A DNA stretch of 64,000 bases from Planctomycetota bacterium (GTDB lineage: Bacteria; Planctomycetota; UBA1135; UBA2386). Shown here piece by piece: positions 36,406-43,929 of this stretch. A program made the translations under genes and the position numbers. The stretch covers positions 5,280,001 to 5,344,000 of the forward strand of contig JBKAGP010000001.1 of NCBI GenBank assembly GCA_046290465.1. Direction: 5' to 3'. The notes under the pieces were generated by a model, which worked only from the letters and a program-made list of their open reading frames with translations, had not been told where the DNA came from and made no database searches. How positions within the stretch are numbered: position 1 is the stretch's first letter; the number at the start of each line of letters is the position of its first letter.

Positions 36406-37250
36406 CGGACTGGCTCCTGAGTCGGTGGTGAGCGCGACGACGTCGACGTGACTTCGCCGCGCCGGCACAGGCGCACGGTTGGCCGACGACCGGCCAGGAG
36501 TTTTCGCGGCCAGGGCGATGCAGACGGGGTTGGCGGGCCTCGTCGCCGCCTTGCGCCAAGGGCCCCGATTCCGATTCCGTCCGTCCCGTTTCGTTGGCGT
36601 CCTGCGCCGGCAAGCAGCCAGCGGCTCGATCGCCGCGAGCAACGCGGCGGCTCGCAGGTAGCTTCGCTAGGAGCGCGTCCATGTAGTGGACGCGCTGCCA
36701 ACCGTGATCGCGGAAGCGGCGTGTACGCGTGCGGACGGGGCTTTGCCCTCTGGCAGCGTCCGGTCGGGTCCGGCTGCCACTCCGGCGGCTCGGTGCCCTC
36801 GAGGTGCGCGCGCATGCAGCCGTCGTAGAGGAACCGCCAACCGTGGTCCTTGCTGGCGAGTTCGTCCTCGGTGACGCGGCCGAACATGCGCTCGGTGAAG
36901 CGCAGCGTGGTGCCGGTCTCGGTCGCCTCGAGCTCGTACTTGCCGACCCACGTCAGCGGGCTGCCGTACGAGCCGGTCAACTCGATCAGCTTGTCCTTCT
37001 GCACGTGGATGACCGTGCCCCAGATCATGCCGTTGCCGCCGCCCGCGTCTTCGAACATCTGGCCGCCAGGGCGGGCGTCGAGCGTGATCTTCTGCGGGCC
37101 GGGGCCGGAGCACATGTAGAACATGCCGGGCCACCAGCGTGCGAGGTCGTCGGTCAGCGCCTGCCAGACCTGCTGCGGCGTGGCCTTCAGTTCGATCTCG
37201 AGCACGTAGTCGGCGACGGTGGCCGGAGAGAGCGGGTGGGTCTCGGTCAT
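36402..37250 (-). CDS. SRPBCC (AHSA1-like) domain protein with a suspicious low-complexity C-terminal read-through
   Basis: ATPQQVWQALT..WW; LDARPGG; GTTLRFTE; HGWRFL; domain ends near 36760 but the frame stays open to 36402. Confidence 0.75.
   Translation of the reverse strand: MTETHPLSPATVADYVLEIELKATPQQVWQALTDDLARWWPGMFYMCSGPGPQKITLDARPGGQMFEDAGGGNGMIWGTVIHVQKDKLIELTGSYGSPLTWVGKYELEATETGTTLRFTERMFGRVTEDELASKDHGWRFLYDGCMRAHLEGTEPPEWQPDPTGRCQRAKPRPHAYTPLPRSRLAARPLHGRAPSEATCEPPRCSRRSSRWLLAGAGRQRNGTDGIGIGALGARRRRGPPTPSASPWPRKLLAGRRPTVRLCRRGEVTSTSSRSPPTQEPVR
36469..36497 (-). promoter_or_regulatory. Putative ECF promoter CTGGCCGG-N14-TGCGCCT upstream of the secreted-protein gene
   Basis: Same motif as at 30376 and 34018; 63 nt before ATG 36405. 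Confidence 0.7.
36672..36696. terminator. Hairpin (10-bp stem, 5-nt loop), possible terminator after the SRPBCC gene
   Basis: agcgcgtcca-tgtag-tggacgcgct; no clear U-tract. Confidence 0.3.
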
Positions 37251-37258
37251 GGTGGTTC

Positions 37259-37606
37259 TCAGGCGCGGTTGCGCGAACGGGTCTGCTTGCGTGGGGATTC
37301 GAGCTGCTGCTTCAGGTCGAGCATGCGGTCGGCGGCGGGCGCGTCGAAGCGGCGCAGCCAGCGGCGCTGGATCTTGCGCAGCGGCACGGGGTTGAGGTGG
37401 TTCATGCGTTCGCGGCCGCGGCGTTCGGCGACCACCAGCCCGGCGTCGACGAGCACCTTCAGGTGCTTCATCACCGAAAAGCGGGTGGTGTCGAAGTGCT
37501 CGCACAGTTCGCCCGTGGTGTGCGGGCGCTTGCGCAGCAGGTCGAGCACCGCCCTGCGGGTGGCGTCGGCCAGGGCCTTGAACACGAGATCGTCGTCGTC
37601 CGACAT
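37259..37606 (-). CDS. ArsR/SmtB-family transcriptional regulator
   Basis: VFKALADATRRAVLDLL; MKHLKVLVDAGLV; GRERMNHLNPVP. Confidence 0.92.
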   Translation of the reverse strand: MSDDDDLVFKALADATRRAVLDLLRKRPHTTGELCEHFDTTRFSVMKHLKVLVDAGLVVAERRGRERMNHLNPVPLRKIQRRWLRRFDAPAADRMLDLKQQLESPRKQTRSRNRA

Positions 37607-37624
37607 GTGACCACATGGTCACAT
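37605..37624. promoter_or_regulatory. 9-2-9 inverted repeat, likely ArsR operator overlapping its own start codon
   Basis: ATGTGACCA-CA-TGGTCACAT. Confidence 0.75.
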
Positions 37625-37658
37625 ATGGAGCCAGCCCAGTCAAGTGGTCGGGAGGGAG

Positions 37659-38270
37659 TCAGCGCAGCGCGGCGCGCACGCGCCGTCGCACCAGCGGCAG
37701 CACCTGTTGCTCGAACCAGCCGTTCTTGCGCAGCCAGATGTTGTTGCGCGGGCTCGGGTGGGGCAGCGGGGTGATGCGGTGCTTCGCGAACGCGCGGTGC
37801 GCGCGCACGGTTGCGGTCACGTCCGGCTTGCCGAGGTCGAGCCCGTCCACCCGCAGCGGCAGCCGGGACAGGTGCCACGCCATCGCGTAGCTGCCGATCA
37901 CGAACGTGCACGAAAGCTCGGGCAGGCGGTCGAGCAGCGGCTGGCGCCACGCCGGCGCGCACTCCGATCGCGGCGGCAGGTCGCCGCTGCGGCCGGTGCC
38001 GGGAAAGCAGAACCCCATCGGCAGGATGGCGATCCTCTCCGGATCGTAGAACGTGTCGCGGTCGACGCCGAGCCAGGCGCGCAGCCGCTCGCCGCTGGCG
38101 TCGTCGAACGGCACGCCCGACTCGTGCACCTTGCGGCCGGGAGCCTGGCCGGCGATCAGGATGCGGGCCTTGGGATCGAACTGCAGCACCGGGCGCACGC
38201 CGTGCTCGAGGTGTGCCGCGCACAGGTTGCACGCGCGCACGTCGCGCAGGAGCCTTTGGGTTGAGGTCAT
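37659..38270 (-). CDS. Uracil-DNA glycosylase family protein
   Basis: CNLC; GQAPG..VH; PFDDASG.RLR.W; MGFCFPG; PLPHPSPRN. Confidence 0.9.
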   Translation of the reverse strand: MTSTQRLLRDVRACNLCAAHLEHGVRPVLQFDPKARILIAGQAPGRKVHESGVPFDDASGERLRAWLGVDRDTFYDPERIAILPMGFCFPGTGRSGDLPPRSECAPAWRQPLLDRLPELSCTFVIGSYAMAWHLSRLPLRVDGLDLGKPDVTATVRAHRAFAKHRITPLPHPSPRNNIWLRKNGWFEQQVLPLVRRRVRAALR

Positions 38271-40957
38271 CGTGTCGTCGGTGCGTCGGGGGCCGGACTG
38301 TCGGGGGCCGGTGCGTCGGCAGCCCTCGGGTCGGCAACCGGGGCCTCGGCAACCAGCGTCTCGGCAACCGGGGCGTTGGCCACCCGGGCGATGGCCTCGC
38401 GGATCGCCGGCACCGATCCGCCCTGCCGGAGCCAGCGGAACAGCAGCAGGTGGCGCGCGGCCATCGTCGCGCGTTCGGCGACCTCGGGCAGCCTCCGCGT
38501 GCTGCGCCCCAAGCCGAGCACGGCTTGCATGCTGGTCGCGAGGTCGTCGACGAACGCCTCGTCGACGTTGCCGACGAGTTGGTCCAGGTTGCCGGCGTCG
38601 AGTCCGAACATGCTCTCGAACGGGGGCGCGACCAGCCGGCCGTGGTCGGCGTGCAGCAGCAGCTGCTCGCGTGCCGCGCCGACGTCGCTGAGCACCATCG
38701 GCAGCCCGGCGCGCATGGCTTCGAAGACCGCGAGGCTGCAGCCCTCCCAGTACGACGGCAGGAAGAACGCATCGGCCATCTCGTAGCAGGCTTCCACATC
38801 GTCGCGGTGGCCGGCGAGCACGACCGCTTGCTCGAGTCCGAGTTTGCGGATGTCGGAGCGCACGGCCGCCGCGTGCATCGGGTTCATCTCGCTGCCGAGG
38901 CAGACGAGCCGGATGCCGGGTCGCTGCTCGCGGAGCTTCGCCAGCGCGCGCATGCCGGCGCGGTGCGCCTTGGCCGGCTGCAGCGACGCGACCTGCACGA
39001 ACACGAAGTCGTCGTCCGCGAAGCCGAACTCGTTGCGCAGGCGGGCGCGCGTGTCGGTCGGCAGGTCCGCGCGCGGCGCGATGCCGTTCTCGATGACGAG
39101 CATCTTCTGCACGTCGAGCTGCAGCCGCAGGTCCGCGTAGCCGAGCGCCTGCGCCGAGACGCACGCGTAGGCCGCGGTGTGGGGGTCGGCTTTGCGGTAG
39201 GCCTCGACCTGCTCCGGTTCGAACCAGACGTAGCTGTTGTGCACGACCTGCACGAACGGCACCCCGGCCGCGGCGGCCGCCGACGCGCCGAACGTGCTCG
39301 CGTGCGCGCTGACGACGTGCCAGCCGCCGTCGGCGAGCATGCGCGCGTACGAGGCGTCGTCCCGCGACGGCAGCGCGACGCGCTGCACGCCGGCAGGGAG
39401 ATGTCCGGTCGATCCGTCGAGGGCGAGCAGGCCGACGTCGCAGCCCTGCTCGAGCCAGCACGCCGCGAGATCCTCCGCGACCCGTTCGAGCCCGCCCTTG
39501 CCGAACGTGTCGAGCTGCAGCAACACGCGCAGCCGCTCCTCGCCCGGCATCGGCAGCGGCGTCGGCACCGCCCGCCGGAGCTGCTGCGGGTCCCGGGTCC
39601 TGCCGAAAAACGAGCGGTTCGAAGCGAATCGCCGTGCCAGCTGCAACGACCCTTCGTCACGTTCGCCGATGCACGCCGTGCGGGTGTGGACCGAAAGCCG
39701 GGCGGCGGTGTCGGCGTCGGCGGCGAACGCGAGCAGCGGCAGGTTTCGCAGCGCGAGGTGGGCGTCGTGGGCCTGGGTCGGCGTCTCGAACCAGCTGACG
39801 ACGGGCACGGGGCTGGGCTTCCCGGGCGCGGCGAGGCGCTCGGGCGGCGCGACGAGCATCGCCTTGCCGTCGACGGCGTCGGCGTCGTCCCCGAGCACGG
39901 CATCCTCGGGGCACTGCTGCTTGCACCACGCTGCCAGTTCGCCGTGCGCCAGCACCACGAACGCATCGGCAAACCACGCAGCGCGTTCGCGCTCGTACGC
40001 CATCAACACCTTCGCCCGCTCGGCGATCTTCAGCTCGCGCGCCCTGGCGCTCAGCGTGTTGTCGTGCACGCGGTACTGGTAGAGCACCTCGTCGGTGCCG
40101 AGGTGTTCGATGCGGAACAGCCGGTTGATCCGCATCCAGTAGTCGTAGTCCTCGAGGCCGAGCTCCGGGTTGTAGTCGCCGAGCAGCCGGCCGACCTGGC
40201 CGCGGTAGAGGAAGCACGCGCCGATGAAGTTGTCCTCGTAGCGGTTGAGGTCGTGCGTGCTGCGGTTGACGCGGACCACGGACAGGTTGCCCTTGTCGGT
40301 GCGGTCCATGACGCGGAACTCGCCGCCCTCGAGCAGCTGGCCCTGCTCGTCGATCAGCTCGTAGTCGGCGTAGACCATCGCGACCTCGGGCCGGTTCTGC
40401 AAGAACGTCACCAGCCGCGCGAGCTGGTCCCGGTGCATGCGGTTGTCGGCCGACGTCCACGTGAAGTACTCGCCGGTTGCGAACTCGAAGCCGGTGCTGA
40501 GCGCCTTCGGCAGGCCCTGGTTGGGCTGCGCCACGACGCGCACGCGCGGATCTTGCAGATAGGGGCGCACCGCCTCGTGCAGCCCGTCGCTGCTGCCGTC
40601 GTCGACGACGATCAGCTCGAACGACCCGTAGCTCTGTGCCAGCACGCTGTCGATCGCCTGGGCGACCATGTCGGCCTGCTGGTAGACCGGCAGCACCACG
40701 CTGACGTGTCCCGGTCGTTCGACGCCGGCGGCAGCGCCGACGTGCCGCACGTCGTCGCGCCGGAAGAACTCGTCCTTGCCGGTCCAGCGCAGCACGCGCT
40801 GCTGCCAGCGGTTGGGCAGCAGCTGGTAGATGCCCTTCTTGACGGCGCGCAGCCACGGCCCCGGGCCCTCGCGCATCTTGCGGATCGTGACCATCGCGAT
40901 CCACACGAACCGATCCCGGCGGCTGCCGAACGGAACGAGCTTGCGATAGAGACCCAT
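38267..40957 (-). CDS. Bifunctional glycosyltransferase (GT2 plus GT4)
   Basis: VSVVLPVY..DDGS..GLPKAL..EDYDYW; GGLER..NGI..LPSYWEG..EAMRAG..SDVG. Confidence 0.9.
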   Translation of the reverse strand: MGLYRKLVPFGSRRDRFVWIAMVTIRKMREGPGPWLRAVKKGIYQLLPNRWQQRVLRWTGKDEFFRRDDVRHVGAAAGVERPGHVSVVLPVYQQADMVAQAIDSVLAQSYGSFELIVVDDGSSDGLHEAVRPYLQDPRVRVVAQPNQGLPKALSTGFEFATGEYFTWTSADNRMHRDQLARLVTFLQNRPEVAMVYADYELIDEQGQLLEGGEFRVMDRTDKGNLSVVRVNRSTHDLNRYEDNFIGACFLYRGQVGRLLGDYNPELGLEDYDYWMRINRLFRIEHLGTDEVLYQYRVHDNTLSARARELKIAERAKVLMAYERERAAWFADAFVVLAHGELAAWCKQQCPEDAVLGDDADAVDGKAMLVAPPERLAAPGKPSPVPVVSWFETPTQAHDAHLALRNLPLLAFAADADTAARLSVHTRTACIGERDEGSLQLARRFASNRSFFGRTRDPQQLRRAVPTPLPMPGEERLRVLLQLDTFGKGGLERVAEDLAACWLEQGCDVGLLALDGSTGHLPAGVQRVALPSRDDASYARMLADGGWHVVSAHASTFGASAAAAAGVPFVQVVHNSYVWFEPEQVEAYRKADPHTAAYACVSAQALGYADLRLQLDVQKMLVIENGIAPRADLPTDTRARLRNEFGFADDDFVFVQVASLQPAKAHRAGMRALAKLREQRPGIRLVCLGSEMNPMHAAAVRSDIRKLGLEQAVVLAGHRDDVEACYEMADAFFLPSYWEGCSLAVFEAMRAGLPMVLSDVGAAREQLLLHADHGRLVAPPFESMFGLDAGNLDQLVGNVDEAFVDDLATSMQAVLGLGRSTRRLPEVAERATMAARHLLLFRWLRQGGSVPAIREAIARVANAPVAETLVAEAPVADPRAADAPAPDSPAPDAPTTR
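38286..38390. repeat. Imperfect 15-bp tandem repeat (about 7 units) encoding the Pro/Ala-rich glycosyltransferase C-terminus
   Basis: Units such as tcggcaaccggggcc, tcggcaaccagcgtc and tcgggggccggtgcg at 15-bp spacing. Confidence 0.7.
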
Positions 40958-40983
40958 GCGCGCTGCACGATGGCGGCTCCGGG

Positions 40984-42393
40984 CTAGCCGCGCAACGCCG
41001 GGGCGTCTGCTTCGCGCAGGCGCTCGATCCACGCCGCGGACAGCAGCCATGCCGGCCCGACCCAGTGCAGCAGCAGGCGCGGCAGGCTCGAGCGCAGATG
41101 GTGCTGCAGGTCGTCCTCGGGCGACAGCACGAACGGCAGCGGCGTAGTGGCGATGCCCAGCAGCACGAAGGCCGCGAGCGGCGCGTCGTCGAGCGGCTTC
41201 TGGCGCAGGCGCGCGACCAGCCATGCGACCGGCGGCACCACCAGGGCCATGCCCAGACGCAGGCGGCCGACGCCGTGGTCGACGAGCGCGCCCAGATACG
41301 CGGGCAGGTTGGCGAGGCCGGACCAGACGTTCGAGGCCTGCCGCAGGTAGACGCCGAGCGCACTGTCGGCCGCGACCAGGTCGGCGAGCAGCGGCAGCGC
41401 GAGCAGTGCGAGCATCGGTACCACGAGGCCGATCGTCCATCGGGTCCGCACGGGGCGGGCCAGGCCATCGGTCCAGCGCAGCGCCAGCTGCGCGGCTGCG
41501 GCGAACGCGGCGAGCACGCCGAGCGGCAGCCAGTCGAGGTCTCGGTGCAGCAGCTCGGCGCGCACCGGCAGCCAGGTGATCGCGGCGAGCGCGAACGCGA
41601 CCCACGCGCTGCGCAGCAGGGCGCGATCGCCGTTGGCGAACGCGACGATCGCGGCACCGAGTCCGTAGAACAGGCCCTCCGGTTTGGTGACGACGGCGAG
41701 CCCGATCCCGAGACCGAACCACAGCGCGCTGCGCTGCAGCAGGCCGGCCGCGATGGTCGTGGTGGCGAGCAGCAGCGGCAGTTCGGCGTATCCGGAGTCG
41801 ACGGCGCCGCCCCCCGAGGTCAACAGCGCCGGCGTCAGCGCGACGGCGGCAGTGGCGCCGAGCCGCAGCAGCGGGTGCACGCCGCGGCGGTGCAGCGCGG
41901 CGGCGACCAGTGCGCACAGCACCAGGTACAGCAGCGGCAGCATCCCGCGCCCGAATCCCGGCGCCAGCCGGTCGGCCATCGCCACCAGCAGGGCCGGCAG
42001 CAGCGGGTAGTCGGGGCTGTGGTGGAACACGCCCTCAGCCGCGAAGAACGGCTGCTGCAGCGTCGCTTCCTCGGTCAGCCAGAACACCTTCGCGTCGAAC
42101 GACGCCGCGCCGTCCCAGTGCCGCGAAGGGGTCGCGAGCGCGCCGTAGGCGACGGCGGCGAACGCGATGGCGACCAGCGCGAGCAGCGACCAGCGCGCCC
42201 ACGGCGGCGCCGGCGTGCGTGCATGGGCGGGCCATGCCCGGTCTGGCAACGCTTGGGCCCCGCCGAGGCCGGCGCCGAGCGCGACCGGCAGCCACCAGTC
42301 CGGCACGCCGTCGCCGCGCAGCCAGAAGCTCGCACCGACCCAGAAGGTCGCGAGCCCCAGCAGCGTGCCGGCGACGAGGCGTTCGAGGTTCAT
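40984..42393 (-). CDS. Multi-TM protein, GT-C (ArnT/PMT-like) glycosyltransferase candidate
   Basis: WDG..F.AK; DYPLL; SGYAELP; TKPEG; more than 10 TM helices. Confidence 0.7.
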   Translation of the reverse strand: MNLERLVAGTLLGLATFWVGASFWLRGDGVPDWWLPVALGAGLGGAQALPDRAWPAHARTPAPPWARWSLLALVAIAFAAVAYGALATPSRHWDGAASFDAKVFWLTEEATLQQPFFAAEGVFHHSPDYPLLPALLVAMADRLAPGFGRGMLPLLYLVLCALVAAALHRRGVHPLLRLGATAAVALTPALLTSGGGAVDSGYAELPLLLATTTIAAGLLQRSALWFGLGIGLAVVTKPEGLFYGLGAAIVAFANGDRALLRSAWVAFALAAITWLPVRAELLHRDLDWLPLGVLAAFAAAAQLALRWTDGLARPVRTRWTIGLVVPMLALLALPLLADLVAADSALGVYLRQASNVWSGLANLPAYLGALVDHGVGRLRLGMALVVPPVAWLVARLRQKPLDDAPLAAFVLLGIATTPLPFVLSPEDDLQHHLRSSLPRLLLHWVGPAWLLSAAWIERLREADAPALRG

Positions 42394-42794
42394 CGGCCTT
42401 GCAGGATCAGTCCGTGGTCCTCGGTGCCCTGCGCGACGATGCGGCCGTGTGCGCCGGTCGCGATCGGCAACCCGGCGAATGTGCTCGCGTCGGCCGGCAC
42501 CAGCCGTTCGTCGACCAGCAGCCGCGGTGCGATCAGCGGCGCGACGAACTCGAGCGCGCCCTTCGCCGGCCAACGCCACAGCACGACGCAGCGTTCGGGC
42601 AGGTGGTCGCACAGCCACGCGATCTCGTCGGCGCCGCCGAGCCGGGCGCTGCCGAGCAGGAAGTGCGGCGCGCCCTGGTCGCGATAGGCCTCGACCTCTT
42701 CTACGCGGCGCAGCCAGACCTTGCCGGGCAGCCGGACGACGCCGAGCGCGAGGTGGGCGAGCAGCAGGCCCGTCAGGATCGCGCTGGCCTTCAC
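42390..42794 (-). CDS. Hypothetical protein with N-terminal TM/signal
   Basis: 4-bp overlaps with both neighbours. Confidence 0.6.
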   Translation of the reverse strand: MKASAILTGLLLAHLALGVVRLPGKVWLRRVEEVEAYRDQGAPHFLLGSARLGGADEIAWLCDHLPERCVVLWRWPAKGALEFVAPLIAPRLLVDERLVPADASTFAGLPIATGAHGRIVAQGTEDHGLILQGR

Positions 42795-43888
42795 GCCGCA
42801 CCCTCGGCCAGAAGATCGTCGAGCCACTTCTCGATGCGGCCGTCGCTGCCGCGCACCGCGGCGGTCGCTGCGTCCCTGGCCAGCAGTTCGAGCACGCGCT
42901 GCTGCACGACCGGCGCGGTCGGCTCGACGAGGTGCAGACCCGGCGTGCCGCGGTACGGTGCGTAGGCCGGCAGATCGCTGGTGACGACCGGCAGGCCGCA
43001 GGCGAGCGCCTCCTGGATCACGACCGGAAAGCCCTCGTTGTGCGACGGCAGCGCAAACACGTCGGCCGCATGGTAGAGCGTCAGGATCTGCTCGCGCGGG
43101 CGCGGTTCGAGGCAGACCGCGCCGCGTTCGCGGATGCGTTGCCGGACCGCGTCCTCACCCGGCCCGCAGAACACCAGTTCGAACGACGGCTGCTGCGCGT
43201 CGAGCAGCACGTCGATGCCCTTGTGTGGCAGCAGGCGGCCGACGCTCAGCACGCGCGGCCGGTCGTCCCAGCCGAGCTCGGCGCGGGCCGCGCGCCGCTG
43301 CTCCGGCGTCGGTGGCTGGAACATCGCGACGTCGACCGGATTGGGCAGGAACCGCACCTTCGCGGGGTTCCCGCTCAGGCGCACCAGCAGGTCCTCGGCG
43401 TCGCGGTTGAGCGCGATCAGCTTGCGCGCGCAGCGGGTCGTGAAGCGGCCGACGGTTTCGACCAGCAGCCGCAGCGACCAGGTCGCGAGCCGCGACGGGT
43501 AGCGCAGCAGGCCGCTGTGCTCGGTCAGCAGGCAGCGTCGGCCGCGCATGCGCGCGAATAGCGCGGCGAACGGGGAGCCGACGAACACCATGCCGTGCAG
43601 GTGCACGAGGTCGGCGCGGCCGATCTCGCGCCACAGGTGCCAGAGGATCGACGGCGCGTAGAACGGGTAGCAGATGCCGAACCAGCGCTCGAGCAGGTGC
43701 AGCGACGGCACGCGCACGATGCGCAGCCGTTCGCCCTCGGTCGGCGCTCTGCCGTCGCCGGTGCCGTCGCTGGTGATCCAGACGACGTCGTGGCCCGCGT
43801 CCCGGAACGCCTCGGCCTCGAGCGCCACGACGTTCTCGACGCCGCCAATGTGCGGCGGGGCGACGTGGCTGAGCAGGAGGACGCGCAT
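42791..43888 (-). CDS. GT4-family glycosyltransferase
   Basis: PPHIGGVE; PNPVD; VGRL..HKG; LPSHNEGFPVVIQEALACG. Confidence 0.92.
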   Translation of the reverse strand: MRVLLLSHVAPPHIGGVENVVALEAEAFRDAGHDVVWITSDGTGDGRAPTEGERLRIVRVPSLHLLERWFGICYPFYAPSILWHLWREIGRADLVHLHGMVFVGSPFAALFARMRGRRCLLTEHSGLLRYPSRLATWSLRLLVETVGRFTTRCARKLIALNRDAEDLLVRLSGNPAKVRFLPNPVDVAMFQPPTPEQRRAARAELGWDDRPRVLSVGRLLPHKGIDVLLDAQQPSFELVFCGPGEDAVRQRIRERGAVCLEPRPREQILTLYHAADVFALPSHNEGFPVVIQEALACGLPVVTSDLPAYAPYRGTPGLHLVEPTAPVVQQRVLELLARDAATAAVRGSDGRIEKWLDDLLAEGAA

Positions 43889-43929
43889 CTGGCCACGATT
43901 CTGGCGGTGGCTTCGGCGAGCGCAACGGT

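Noticed and set aside
38286..38390. Short periodic repeats (also 62502-62542) as a possible CRISPR array
   Set aside because: In-frame 15-bp tandem units with no unique spacers and no cas genes.
37811..40987. 1058-aa plus-strand ORF
   Set aside because: Antisense shadow of the GT2-GT4 and UDG genes.
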